Positions 20,808-30,921 of a DNA stretch of 64,000 nucleotides are shown here, one piece after another (within the stretch, counting starts at the first letter, position 1; the number at the start of each line of letters is the position of its first letter). The notes below the pieces were generated by a model that saw only the letters and a list, made by a program, of their open reading frames with translations, ran no database searches and had not been told where the DNA came from. The translations under genes and the position numbers were made by a program. The stretch is from Dehalococcoidia bacterium (GTDB taxonomy: Bacteria; Chloroflexota; Dehalococcoidia; Bin125), in the NCBI GenBank assembly GCA_963663235.2, contig CAXXNO010000004.1:672001-736000 (forward strand). Reading direction: 5' to 3'.

Positions 20808-21491
20808 TCACGGGTGGCTCCTCGAAGCACCAGCGACGCGATCACCGTGACTGGCTTCGCCGTAAAGTCGAGCCGCTGTGACTGCGATCCATGTCAGGAG
20901 TGCCGCCGCGAAGATGCGCTCAACGAGGCCGTCGATGGATTCCGCTCCCGCCGCCCTGGTCGCCATGAAGCCTGCGAGGCCCACGAAGGCGACGAACGCG
21001 GCGCCGCGAGTGAATGAGGCGTGGGAATCGCCACCGCGGATCGCCCCGCCAGCGGCGCGCGAGCACGAGCATGCCCGCGATCGCTGCCACGAACCCGCCG
21101 ACGCCGCTGATATTGTGCAGCAGGCCCACCGTCGTTTGGCCGTCGCAACCGAGGTCGCATGGCAAGAGGCCGTTGGCGATCGCGCCCGACAGACCGAAAA
21201 GCCCACGAGCCCCGGTCCGAGCGGGGGCCCGCCGAGTACGCGAGCGAGCGCCCACGAGAAGCCGAGCACGAGCACGCCGATCATGATGAAATTGAAATTC
21301 TGGAGGGCAGCGTACTCGGCACCCTCCCCACCGAGCTCGCTGATCGCCTGACCGGCATGGCTGTATCCGTCGTATAAGAGGCCACCTGCGACCACGATTG
21401 GGACGAACAGCAGCGGCCCGGCCACGCCACCAAGCGCTAGCAAGCGCACCGTCCGGTTAGAGCCCGTCGCGTTTTGAACGCGCTTCTGCAT
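20808..21491 (-). CDS. DUF998 family membrane protein (two compensating frameshifts)
   Basis: GYSHAGQAISELG motif; the central segment LFGLSGAIANGLLPCDLGC..LHNISG reads in the frame of ORF 20920-21255. Confidence 0.75.
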   Translation of the reverse strand: MQKRVQNATGSNRTVRLLALGGVAGPLLFVPIVVAGGLLYDGYSHAGQAISELGGEGAEYAALQNFNFIMIGVLVLGFSWALARVLGGPPLGPGLVGFSVCRARSPTASCHATSVATAKRRWACCTISAASAGSWQRSRACSCSRAAGGAIRGGDSHASFTRGAAFVAFVGLAGFMATRAAGAESIDGLVERIFAAALLTWIAVTAARLYGEASHGDRVAGASRSHP

Positions 21492-21577
21492 CGTCGCCCC
21501 CTTTTATGGCATGCCGCACTAATTATTATAGTCTACTCTCTTGGATATGAGTCGCTCCTGTCAAGTATGATCGCCCC

Positions 21578-22207
21578 ATGACTGGCAGTCGCCCGTATCG
21601 ATCGACGCTTCGCGACAAGCGCGCCCGAGAGACGAGGCTCCAAATCCGCCGAAGCGCGCGGGAGCTGTTCGCGGCGCGAGGGTTCGCCGGCACGACGATC
21701 GCTCAGATCGCCGAAGAGGCCGGCGTCTCGCTGCAGACGGTCTACGCCGTATTCGGGGGCAAGGCGGGCATCGTTGGCGCGATGCTCGAAGACCTCGATC
21801 AGTCCGCGGACCAAGATGCGTGGCTCGCTCGCATAGCCGCTGAGGAGAATCCACGGCGGCAGCTTCGGCTGTTCGCGTCTTTCAACCGCACGCTGTTCGA
21901 GGCAGGAGCGCCGATTTTCCGCGCGATCATGGCAGCGAGGACCGAGGCCGATGTCGCCGCGGTCGCGGAGCGCGGGGACCGCAAGCGACGCGAAGGAACC
22001 TCCCAGCTCGTCGCCGTGCTGGCGAGTAAGGGCGCCCTCCGCGAAGGCCTGAAACCCCGCGACGCCGCCGACCGTCTCTGGCTCCTGACCAGTGCGGAGC
22101 AGTACATGCTGGCTGCGGACGGACTCAGCTGGTCGCCTTCGCGCTACGAGCGATGGCTCGGCGACCTCCTCGAGGCGGAGCTGCTAGATCCTGCTCTCCT
22201 CGACTAA
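21578..22207 (+). CDS. TetR/AcrR family regulator
   Basis: RPYRSTLR..ARETR, LFAARGFAGTTIAQIAEEAGVSLQTVYAVFGGK. Confidence 0.92.
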   Translation: MTGSRPYRSTLRDKRARETRLQIRRSARELFAARGFAGTTIAQIAEEAGVSLQTVYAVFGGKAGIVGAMLEDLDQSADQDAWLARIAAEENPRRQLRLFASFNRTLFEAGAPIFRAIMAARTEADVAAVAERGDRKRREGTSQLVAVLASKGALREGLKPRDAADRLWLLTSAEQYMLAADGLSWSPSRYERWLGDLLEAELLDPALLD

Positions 22208-22277
22208 CGCGCGCCCCAAACGCCATCGTCGAGCGGGTGATCGGCACGCTGGATGCAGCAGGGTGCAGTCCGTCGTC

Positions 22278-22299
22278 GCTATTACAGTCAGACTCTCGC
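22278..22299 (+). repeat. 22-bp dispersed exact repeat (second copy 40119-40140)
   Basis: GCTATTACAGTCAGACTCTCGC is identical at both loci. Confidence 0.85.
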
Positions 22300-22560
22300 C
22301 CGTTCACGGCCACGGCCGTGCGCGACTGGCTTGGCCGGATCGGCGTGACCACCCTCTTCATCGAGCCGGGCAGTCCCTGGGAGAACGGCTATGTGGAGTC
22401 CTTCAACGGTAAGCTGCGCGACAAGTGCCTCAACCGCGAACGCCTCGACACGCTTCTCGAAGCCCAAGTGCTCATCGAAGGTTGGCGGGGGGAATACAAC
22501 CAGATCCGGCCCCACCGTGCGTTGGGCTACCGCCCCCCGGCCCCCGAAACCCAGCAATCC
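22300..22560 (+). mobile_element. IS3-family orfB (DDE) C-terminal remnant
   Basis: FTATAVRDWL..TLFIEPGSPWENGYVESFNGKLRD..YNQIRPHRALGYRPPAPE. Confidence 0.88.
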
Positions 22561-22651
22561 CGGGGCGCCAGAGGACGGCCGACCGGGACGACTCACAAGC
22601 ACCCACACTCAATCTAATATTCGTGCCATACCGGAACGGGAAGGAGGACTC

Positions 22652-24001
22652 ATGACGGGAGCAGCGGAGGCGGAGTTGGACCAATTTATGGGCGGCCTGG
22701 AGAAGCGGAACCCAGGCGAACCAGAGTTCCATCAGGCCGTCCGAGAGTTCGCCGAGACGATCATGCCGTTCCTCGAGGAGCATCCCGAATACCGCGATGC
22801 CCAGATCCTGGAGCGCATGACCGAGCCCGACCGAATCGTAACCTTCCGAGTGAGCTGGGAGGATCAAGCGGGCCACGTCCGCGTCAACCGGGGCACCCGT
22901 GTCCAGTTCAACAACGCGATTGGGCCGTACAAGGGCGGGATTCGCTTCCATCCCTCTGTGACGCTCAGCGTCCTGAAGTTTCTCGGCTTCGAGCAGACCT
23001 TCAAGAACTCTCTGACGACGCTGCCCATGGGTGGCGCCAAAGGCGGAGCGAACTTCAACCCGAAGGGCAAGTCCGACCGCGAGATCATGCGTTTCTGCCA
23101 GGCCTTCATGACCCAGCTCTGGCGACATATCGGCGCCAACGTTGACATTCCCGCCGGTGATATCGGGGTCGGAGCCCGCGAGGTCGGCTACCTGTTCGGG
23201 CAGTACAAGCGGCTTGCGGGCGAGTTCACTGGAGCCATCACCGGCAAGGGCCTCGCCTTCGGTGGAAGCCTCATCCGCACCGAGGCTACCGGCTACGGCA
23301 ACGTTTACCTCACCGCAGAGATGCTTGCCCGCCGCGGTGACGGGATAGAGGGGAAGACCTGCCTCGTCTCCGGCTCCGGCAACGTCGCTCAGTTCACCGT
23401 AGAGAAGGCGACGGAACTCGGCGGTAAGGTCGTCACGCTTTCGGACTCCTCAGGGTTCGTGCACGATCCGGACGGCATAGACGCCGAGAAACTTGCGTTC
23501 GTGATGGAGCTCAAGAACGTCCGCCGCGGCCGCATCGTGGAGTACGCGGATCGCTTCGGATGTGACTTCCACGAGGGCCTGCGACCCTGGGCCGTACCCG
23601 CCGACATCGCATTCCCCTCGGCGACGCAGAACGAGATCGACGGTGATGACGCCCGCAAACTGGTCAATAATGGCGTCCGCGTCGTGTCCGAGGGCTCGAA
23701 TATGCCGAGCACCGTCGAAGCCGTCCGCCAATTCCAATCAGCAAAGCTGCTCTATGCGCCGAGCAAGGCGGCGAACGCTGGCGGCGTCGCCGTTAGCGGC
23801 CTAGAACAGACGCAGAACGCCATGCGGCTGCAGTGGAGCCGCGACGAAGTGGATTCGCGGCTGAAGTCGATCATGCGAGAAATCCACGACCAGTGTGTCG
23901 AGTACGGCGATGACGGTGAACACGTTGACTATGTGCGCGGGGCCAACCTCGCGGGGTTCGTGAAGGTGGCGGATGCCATGCTTGCGCAAGGAGTGATGTG
24001 A
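22652..24001 (+). CDS. gdhA: NADP-specific glutamate dehydrogenase
   Basis: RNPGEPEFHQAVRE, GPYKGGIRFHP, FKNSLTTLPMGGAKGG, PAGDIGVG, RTEATGYG, KAANAGGVAVSGLE; AGGAGG RBS. Confidence 0.97.
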   Translation: MTGAAEAELDQFMGGLEKRNPGEPEFHQAVREFAETIMPFLEEHPEYRDAQILERMTEPDRIVTFRVSWEDQAGHVRVNRGTRVQFNNAIGPYKGGIRFHPSVTLSVLKFLGFEQTFKNSLTTLPMGGAKGGANFNPKGKSDREIMRFCQAFMTQLWRHIGANVDIPAGDIGVGAREVGYLFGQYKRLAGEFTGAITGKGLAFGGSLIRTEATGYGNVYLTAEMLARRGDGIEGKTCLVSGSGNVAQFTVEKATELGGKVVTLSDSSGFVHDPDGIDAEKLAFVMELKNVRRGRIVEYADRFGCDFHEGLRPWAVPADIAFPSATQNEIDGDDARKLVNNGVRVVSEGSNMPSTVEAVRQFQSAKLLYAPSKAANAGGVAVSGLEQTQNAMRLQWSRDEVDSRLKSIMREIHDQCVEYGDDGEHVDYVRGANLAGFVKVADAMLAQGVM

Positions 24002-24017
24002 GAGTGGGAACAGGAAG

Positions 24018-25871
24018 GTGACCTTGTCGAGAGAACTCCCGCTCGCGGCCGCGCCGGAGAGCGCCGCGAAACCCAAGATCGATCCGATTCAGCTGCTGGT
24101 GATGGCCAACCGGGTGGACGGGATCACCCGCGAGATGACCAACACGCTCGTGCGCACCACCCAATCCGCCACCCTCGCCGCCCGCGACCTCTCCACGTCC
24201 GTCTCCACCGCCCAACACGAACTGTTCACCGCCCCCGAAGGCATCCCCGTCCACGTCTACGGCTCCGGCCTCCTCTGCGAGACCATGGCCGACCTCCACC
24301 CCGACTTCAAAGAGGGCGACGCTTTCCTCCACAACGACCCCTACCTCGGCAACACCCACCCCGCCGACCACACCGTCCTCGTCCCGGTGTTTTACGAGGG
24401 TGAGCACATCTTCACCATGTGCGTCAAAGCGCACCTGGCGGATATCGGCGATGCCCTCCCCACCACCTACATGCCCAACGCGATCGACGTCTACGCCGAG
24501 GGCGCCCTCATCTTCCCCTGCGTCCGCATCCAGGAGCACTACCAGGATGTGCCGGACATCATCCGCATGTGCGAGAAGCGCATCCGCGTCCCCGAGATCT
24601 GGTACGGCGACTATGTGGCCATGATCGCGGCGGCGCGGGTCGGCGAGCAGGGCGTCAAAGAGTTCTGCGCCAAGTTCAGCCTGGAGACCGTGAAGACCTT
24701 CGTGCGCGAATGGCTCGACTACTCCGAGCGCCTCGCCACAGCCGCCATCCGACGCCTTCCCGCCGGCCGCCTCCACGCCAGCTCCACCTTCGACCCCTTC
24801 CCCTACGTCCCCGAGGGCCTGGATCTCCAAGCCGACATCGACGTCGACCCGGACGCGGGCCACGTCACCGTGGACCTCCGTGACAACCCGGACTGCGTCC
24901 CCGCAGGGCTCAACCTCAGCCGCGCCACCGCCACGAACGGCGGCATCTCCGGGGTCCTCATGGTCCTCAACTCCATGCCGGACGTGCAGACTCAGGTCCC
25001 CAACAACGCCGGCACCTTCCGCCGCATCCATGTGCTGCTCCGCGAGAGCTGCGTCGTGGGCATCCCTGTCCACCCCACCTCCTGTTCCATGGCCACCAGC
25101 AGCGTTGCCGCTCACGTCGAGAGCATGATCGAGTCCGCCTTCGCCCGCTTGCGGGACGGCATCGGCCTGGCGGAGCCCGCCCGGGGACAGGGGCCGTGGA
25201 TGGCGGTCGTCTCCGGGTTGGACCGGCTGCACAACCAGCCCTATACCCTCTCGCTGTTCACCGGCAGCGCCGGCGGCCCCGGTGGCCCCGAGTTCGACGG
25301 CTGGCTGACGTTCCTGATGGCCGGCTCGGCCGGCCTGCAATACATCGACGCCACCGAGCTGCTCGATCAGAAATACCCCTACGTCGTCTTCGACATGCGC
25401 GTCCGGCCGGACTCCGAAGGCGCGGGGCGGCAACGCGGTGCGCCCGGGGTCATCACGATCTACGGCCCGCTCTACGATCCCCAAGAGGTCCACTACTCGA
25501 TGGACGGCATGATCAACGTCCCCAAAGGCGTCCAGGGAGGCGGCCCCGCCCGCGGACCCGCCGCTCAGCTGATCGACCGCCGTGGCGTCACCCGCGACCT
25601 GCCGGACATCGTCGGTGAACAGACAGTCCAGGCCGGAGAGCGCATCGTCTCCCTCTCCTCGGGCGGGGGCGGCTACGGCGATCCCCTGACTCGTGACGCG
25701 GAGGCCGTCCTGCGCGACGTCGTCGAGGGCTTCATCACCATCGACCGCGCCCGCGCCGCCTACGGCGTCGTCATCATGGGCGATTACGAGCGGGTCGAGA
25801 CGCTCGTCGTCGATGGTGAGGCCACGGCCGCGGCACGCGTCGCACGACGCCCCCCGTTCGCCCAAGCGTAA
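24018..25871 (+). CDS. Hydantoinase B/oxoprolinase family protein (copy 1)
   Basis: DPIQL..REMTNTLVRT, HNDPYLGNTHPADH, KAHLADIG, DSEGAGRQRG, GGGGYGDP. Confidence 0.92.
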   Translation: MTLSRELPLAAAPESAAKPKIDPIQLLVMANRVDGITREMTNTLVRTTQSATLAARDLSTSVSTAQHELFTAPEGIPVHVYGSGLLCETMADLHPDFKEGDAFLHNDPYLGNTHPADHTVLVPVFYEGEHIFTMCVKAHLADIGDALPTTYMPNAIDVYAEGALIFPCVRIQEHYQDVPDIIRMCEKRIRVPEIWYGDYVAMIAAARVGEQGVKEFCAKFSLETVKTFVREWLDYSERLATAAIRRLPAGRLHASSTFDPFPYVPEGLDLQADIDVDPDAGHVTVDLRDNPDCVPAGLNLSRATATNGGISGVLMVLNSMPDVQTQVPNNAGTFRRIHVLLRESCVVGIPVHPTSCSMATSSVAAHVESMIESAFARLRDGIGLAEPARGQGPWMAVVSGLDRLHNQPYTLSLFTGSAGGPGGPEFDGWLTFLMAGSAGLQYIDATELLDQKYPYVVFDMRVRPDSEGAGRQRGAPGVITIYGPLYDPQEVHYSMDGMINVPKGVQGGGPARGPAAQLIDRRGVTRDLPDIVGEQTVQAGERIVSLSSGGGGYGDPLTRDAEAVLRDVVEGFITIDRARAAYGVVIMGDYERVETLVVDGEATAAARVARRPPFAQA

Positions 25872-25951
25872 CGGCGCCCGCGCGGACTTGCCTTCCCGTC
25901 GAAGCGGAGCGTCCATGGACAGCGCGATGGACGCCGACGGTCTCGTCGGGA

Positions 25952-26040
25952 CGCCAAACTTTCATCTGTTCTAATTTCTCGTGCCGACGAGGCGCACGCG
26001 GACGTTCCGTCACCGCGAAATCAGAACGGATGCATTTTCC
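25952..26040. repeat. Inverted-repeat site related to 20660-20750
   Basis: CGCCAAACTTTCATCTGTTCTAATTT vs CGCCAAAACTTCATCTGCTCTGATTT; internal IR CATCTGTTCTAATTTC/GAAATCAGAACGGATG. Confidence 0.5.
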
Positions 26041-26185
26041 GGCTCCACTGCCTGCCGTGCTCGTGCCGGGCCCGCTCAGGCATTAGGGTGAAAGTGCGGA
26101 GTCCTAGGGCGAGAACGCGCGCTTCGATTGCGGCGTCCACTGGGACCGGGACTCGGTTGTGGGATGAGCACAGGAGGATCCGGAG

Positions 26186-26551
26186 ATGCAGATCATCCAC
26201 TCCGCCGAAGGCGAGACCGTGGAGCGTTCCACGCTCGATATCTTCGAGGGCGGCCAAGTCTGGGCGCGCGGGCTCACGGGAAGCGAGGGGAGTCGAGATT
26301 TCAACGTCACTCTCGTCCAATTCGCCGCCGGCGCCCGCACCGTCATGCATCGGCACGGCAGCGACCAGATGCTGTACGTGATCGCGGGGATCGGCAAGGT
26401 CGGGGACGCTACCGGAGAGAACGTGATCAGCATCGGCGACTCCGTCGTCATCCCTGCCAACACCGACCACTGGCACGGCGCTCACGACACGGGCTCGCCC
26501 ATGTCCCACATCAGCGTCACGGCGGCGGCAAGTGAGACCACGCTGAGCTAA
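26186..26551 (+). CDS. Cupin domain protein
   Basis: VQFAAGARTVMHRHGSDQMLYV..GDSVVIPANTDHWHGA; AGGAGG RBS. Confidence 0.9.
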   Translation: MQIIHSAEGETVERSTLDIFEGGQVWARGLTGSEGSRDFNVTLVQFAAGARTVMHRHGSDQMLYVIAGIGKVGDATGENVISIGDSVVIPANTDHWHGAHDTGSPMSHISVTAAASETTLS

Positions 26552-26573
26552 GCGGACCCGCCGGCCGTCGAAT

Positions 26574-26858
26574 GTGCTCCGGGCGCGCGAGGATTGGGAG
26601 GAGAGCGTGGAGGCCTCGATTTGCATAACGGAAGAGGTGAGCCCACCGCGCGACGCCTCGCATGGCACAGCAGATCCCATGGTGTGGCGGCGCGTTGAAT
26701 TCCACTTTCCACAGGGGAAAGCCACATTCGAACAGACCGACTACGGACACCCTGGTCGGTTCAATCCCTGGGAGCCCCGAAGCATCGCCCCGGTGCTGCA
26801 GGCGCGAACCACCGAGCTGGAGTCGGTGGCGGAGAGGGTCTTCGCCCTGCTCCGCTAG
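26574..26858 (+). CDS. Hypothetical protein (start uncertain)
   Basis: Protein-like composition (FEQTDYGHPGRFNPWEPR); co-oriented with neighbours. Confidence 0.5.
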   Translation: MLRAREDWEESVEASICITEEVSPPRDASHGTADPMVWRRVEFHFPQGKATFEQTDYGHPGRFNPWEPRSIAPVLQARTTELESVAERVFALLR

Positions 26859-27148
26859 GCCGACGAAACGAATCAGCGTAATGGACGCGAACTCCTGACT
26901 CGGGGTTGGCCCGCGTCGAGCACGATCCGTCGCGAGTGTCTCGACCGCGCCGGTGGTGGCCGAGCAAGCGACGGCCCTGTTCGAGGGGATCGTGTGCGGG
27001 GTCGAGGGCCCGGAGCCGCTCGGCGTGCTGCTAGACTTTCCGCTCGGCGGCAACGCAGGAGCGAGTCGAGCGGCCCGACCGATTGCTCGCGTGGATTGGC
27101 CCTGGCGCGTCGGGCGCCTCGGTGCAGGCATGAGGAGGAGATCGCCCC

Positions 27149-28966
27149 ATGGCGCCGAGCGATGCGAGCGCCACGAAACCCACGCTCGATCCGGTCCAGC
27201 TCCTGGTGATGGCCAACCGCCTCGACGGCATCGGCCGCGAGATGACCAACACCCTGGTCCGCACCGCGCGCTCCGCCACCCTGGTCGCGCGCGACTTTTC
27301 CTGCGCAATCGTCGATGCCGACCACGATCTCATCTCCGCGCCCGAGGGGATCCCCGTCCACGTCTTCGGCTCGGGGCTTCTCTGCGAGTCGATGGGGGAG
27401 CTCCACCCCGACTTCCAGGAGGGCGACGCCTTTCTCCACAACGATCCCTACCTCGGCAACACCCATCCGGCCGACCACACGATCCTGGTGCCCGTCTTCG
27501 CCGAGGGCGAGCACGTCTTCACCACCTGCGTCAAAGCGCACCAGGCCGACATCGGCAACGCGATCCCCACCACCTACACCCCGAAGGCCATCGACGTCTA
27601 CGCCGAAGGCGCGCTCATCTTTCCCTGCGTCTGGGTGCAACGCGATTATCAGGACGTCGGCGACATCATCCGCATGTGTGAGAAACGGATCCGCGTCCCC
27701 GAGATCTGGTACGGCGACTACCTGGCGATGGTGGCGGGGGCCCGCGTCGGGGAGCAGCGCCTGCAGGAGTTCTGCCGCAAGTTCGGGCTGGACACCGTCA
27801 AGCGCTTCGTCGGCGAGTGGAAGGACTACTGCGAACGGCTGGCGGAGTCGGCGATCCGAGAGCTGCCGGCCGGGCGCGTCCACGCGAGCACGGCGCTCGA
27901 TCCGTTCCCGGGCGTGCCGGAAGGCATCCCGCTGCAGGCGGAGATCGACGTCGACCCGGCCGCCGGCCGCGTGACGATCGACCTGCGCGACAACCCGGAT
28001 TGCACCCCCACCGGCCTCAATCTGAGCGAGTGCACCGCGATCAACTCCGGCATCTCGGGTGTCCTGACCGTCCTCAACTCCAAGCGCGATGCCACGGCCT
28101 CCCTGGTGCCGAACAACGCGGGGGTCTTTCGCCGCATCACCGTGCTGATCCGCGAGAACTGCGTCGTCGGGATCCCGCGACACCCCGCCTCGTGCTCCAT
28201 GGCCACCAACACGGTGGCCGATCGCGCGCTGGGCATGATCTACTCCGCCTTCGGACGTCTCGCCGACGGGATCGGGCTGGCGGAGCCCTGCTGGGGGTCG
28301 TGCCCGTTTGAAGCGGTCGTCTCCGGCTTCAACCGCAAGCGCGGGGAGCCCTACGTTTTGCAACTCTTCAGCGGCACCGCCGGCGGCCCGGCGAGCGCGG
28401 AAACCGACGGTTGGGTGACCTTTTCGATCCCCGCCGGGGGTGGTCTAGCCTACGTCGACGAGACGGAGGTGATCGAACAGAAATATCCGTTTGTGGTTTT
28501 CGAGACCAAGGTGCGCCCGGACTCGGAGGGCGCGGGGCGCCGGCGCGGGGCGCCGGGGAACATTTGCATCTACGGCCCCCTCGACGGCTCCATGGAGGCG
28601 CACTATTCCTTGGACGGCATGTTCAACGTGCCCAAGGGCGTCCAGGGCGGCGGCCCCGCGCTGCGTCCTGAGGCTTGGCTGATCGAGCAGGATGGGTCCA
28701 CGCGTTTCCTCCCCGACATCGTCGGCGAGCAGCGGATCGAGGAGGGCACGCGGCTGCTCTCGCTCTCCTCAGGCGGCGGGGGCTACGGCCAGCCGCACAC
28801 CCGCGACGCCGGAGCGGTGCTCGCCGACGTCGTCGAGGGCTACGTCACCATCGAGCGCGCCGCCGACGTCTACGGCGTCGTCGTCGCCGGCGATCCGGCG
28901 AAGGTCGAGACCCTCAGCATCGATGCCGCCGCCACGGCCGCGCGTCGCGAAAACGGAGCCCGCTGA
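27149..28966 (+). CDS. Hydantoinase B/oxoprolinase family protein (copy 2)
   Basis: Same motifs as copy 1; GAGGAGGAG RBS; TGCTAGACT extended -10-like element at ~27029. Confidence 0.93.
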   Translation: MAPSDASATKPTLDPVQLLVMANRLDGIGREMTNTLVRTARSATLVARDFSCAIVDADHDLISAPEGIPVHVFGSGLLCESMGELHPDFQEGDAFLHNDPYLGNTHPADHTILVPVFAEGEHVFTTCVKAHQADIGNAIPTTYTPKAIDVYAEGALIFPCVWVQRDYQDVGDIIRMCEKRIRVPEIWYGDYLAMVAGARVGEQRLQEFCRKFGLDTVKRFVGEWKDYCERLAESAIRELPAGRVHASTALDPFPGVPEGIPLQAEIDVDPAAGRVTIDLRDNPDCTPTGLNLSECTAINSGISGVLTVLNSKRDATASLVPNNAGVFRRITVLIRENCVVGIPRHPASCSMATNTVADRALGMIYSAFGRLADGIGLAEPCWGSCPFEAVVSGFNRKRGEPYVLQLFSGTAGGPASAETDGWVTFSIPAGGGLAYVDETEVIEQKYPFVVFETKVRPDSEGAGRRRGAPGNICIYGPLDGSMEAHYSLDGMFNVPKGVQGGGPALRPEAWLIEQDGSTRFLPDIVGEQRIEEGTRLLSLSSGGGGYGQPHTRDAGAVLADVVEGYVTIERAADVYGVVVAGDPAKVETLSIDAAATAARRENGAR

Positions 28967-30774
28967 TGACCACCGCCACCCTCGACCCGGTGCAGCTTTT
29001 TGTCATGGCGAACCGTATCGACAGCATCACCCGTGAGATGACCAACACCCTGGTCCGCACCGCCCGGTCGGGGACGCTCGCCGCGCGTGATCTCTCCTGC
29101 TCCCTCTCCACCGCCGGGCATGAGCTCTTCGCGGCGCCCGAGGGCTGCCCGGTGCACGTCTACGGATCCGGCCTCCTCTGCGAGGCCATGCAGGAGATGC
29201 ACCCCGACTTCAAAGAGGGCGACGCCTTTTTGCACAATGATCCCTACCTCGGCAACACCCACGCGGCCGACTGGACGATCCTGGTACCGGTCTTCTATGC
29301 CGGCGAGCACATCTTCACGACCTGTGTGAAGGCGCACCAGGCCGACACCGGCAACGCCATCCGCACGACCTACTCGCCCGAGGCCGTCGATGTGTACGCC
29401 GAGGGGGCGTTGATCTTCCCGTGCGTGCGCATTCAGGAGCACTACGCAGACGTCGGCGACATCATCCGCATGTGCCAGAAGCGCATCCGCATCCCGGAGA
29501 TCTGGTACGGAGACTATCTCGCCATGATCGCGGCCGCCCGGGTGGGCGAGCAGGGGATCCAGGCCTTCTGCCGCAAGTTCGGGCTGGAGACGGTGAAGAC
29601 CTTCGTCCGCGAGTGGCTGGACTACTCCGAGCGCATGACCATGGCGGCGATCCGCGAACTGCCGGCCGGCGAGGCCGAGGCGTGGAGCACGGTGGATCCG
29701 TTCCCCAGCCTCCCCGATGGCATCCCGCTGCACGCCAAGATCGCGGTCGACCCAGAGGCCGCGCGCGTCACGGTCGACTTCCGCGACAACCCGGACTGCA
29801 CGCCCACCGGCTTGAATCAGAGCCGCGCCACCGCCACGACCGCCGCCGTCTCCGGCATCCTGCACATCCTCAACGCGCGCCCGGAAGCCAAAGTGGAGGT
29901 CGCGCCCAACAACGGTGGCAGCTTCCGTCGCTTCGATGTGCTGTTACGCGAGAACTGCGTGCTGGGGATCCCGGTCCATCCCTACTCCTGCTCCATGGCC
30001 ACCTCCACGGTCTTGGAGCGCGCCATGGGCATGGTCTTCGCCGCCTTCGCTCGGCTCGCCGACGGCGTGGGCCTGGGCGAGCCGGCCTGGGGCCTGGCGC
30101 CCTACGACGGCGTGGTGTCCGGCTTCGACCGGCGGCGCGGCGAGCCCTACATGTTGCAGGTCTTCAGTGGCACCGCCGGCGGCCCCGCCGGGCCGCAATC
30201 CGACGGCTGGCTCACGCTGGTCGGCGCGGGAGCCGGCGGCGTCCTGTACATCGATTCCGCCGAGGTCATCGAACAGAAGTACCCCTACGTGCTCTGGGAG
30301 AAAAAGCTCCGCGTCGATTCCGAAGGGGCCGGCCGCCAACGCGGGGCGCCGGGCAATATTTGCAGCTACGGTCCGCTCGTGGACCCGATGGACGTCTACT
30401 ACTCGCTCGACGGGATGTTCAACCCGCCGCAAGGCGTGCGCGGGGGCGGCCCCACGCAAGGGCCCGGCGCGCACCTGCGAGAGGCAAGCGGCTCGACGCG
30501 CGTCCTTCCGGAACTCGTCGGTGAACAGCGGCTGGAGCCCGGGGAGCGGATCGTGGGCCTCTCCGCCGGCGGCGGCGGCTACGGCGATGCCCTGACTCGT
30601 GACGTGGAGGCCGTCCTGCGCGACGTCGTCGAGGGCTTCATCACCGTCGGCCGCGCGCGCGCCGTCTACGCCGTCGTCCTCACCGGCGACTCGGCGAAGG
30701 TCGAGACGCTCTCTATCGACCGCCAAGGCACCGCGGCCCGCCGCCAGGAAGACGGGCGATGCAGTACGGCCTGA
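28966..30774 (+). CDS. Hydantoinase B/oxoprolinase family protein (copy 3)
   Basis: TGATG overlap with copy 2; MTTATLDPVQL.. HNDPYLGNTHAAD, KAHQADTG, GGGGYGD. Confidence 0.93.
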   Translation: MTTATLDPVQLFVMANRIDSITREMTNTLVRTARSGTLAARDLSCSLSTAGHELFAAPEGCPVHVYGSGLLCEAMQEMHPDFKEGDAFLHNDPYLGNTHAADWTILVPVFYAGEHIFTTCVKAHQADTGNAIRTTYSPEAVDVYAEGALIFPCVRIQEHYADVGDIIRMCQKRIRIPEIWYGDYLAMIAAARVGEQGIQAFCRKFGLETVKTFVREWLDYSERMTMAAIRELPAGEAEAWSTVDPFPSLPDGIPLHAKIAVDPEAARVTVDFRDNPDCTPTGLNQSRATATTAAVSGILHILNARPEAKVEVAPNNGGSFRRFDVLLRENCVLGIPVHPYSCSMATSTVLERAMGMVFAAFARLADGVGLGEPAWGLAPYDGVVSGFDRRRGEPYMLQVFSGTAGGPAGPQSDGWLTLVGAGAGGVLYIDSAEVIEQKYPYVLWEKKLRVDSEGAGRQRGAPGNICSYGPLVDPMDVYYSLDGMFNPPQGVRGGGPTQGPGAHLREASGSTRVLPELVGEQRLEPGERIVGLSAGGGGYGDALTRDVEAVLRDVVEGFITVGRARAVYAVVLTGDSAKVETLSIDRQGTAARRQEDGRCSTA

Positions 30775-30921
30775 TGATGCTGAGCTCGCGCGAGCCGATC
30801 TCGCGCTTCGCGACGATCGCGCGGCGGCGGCCCGTCGACACGCCCGCGCGCGCCTGGCATCATGCGGGCCCAGGGGTCGCCGTCGCGCGGCCCTGAATGG
30901 CAAGGGAAGGGACGCGCGAGG

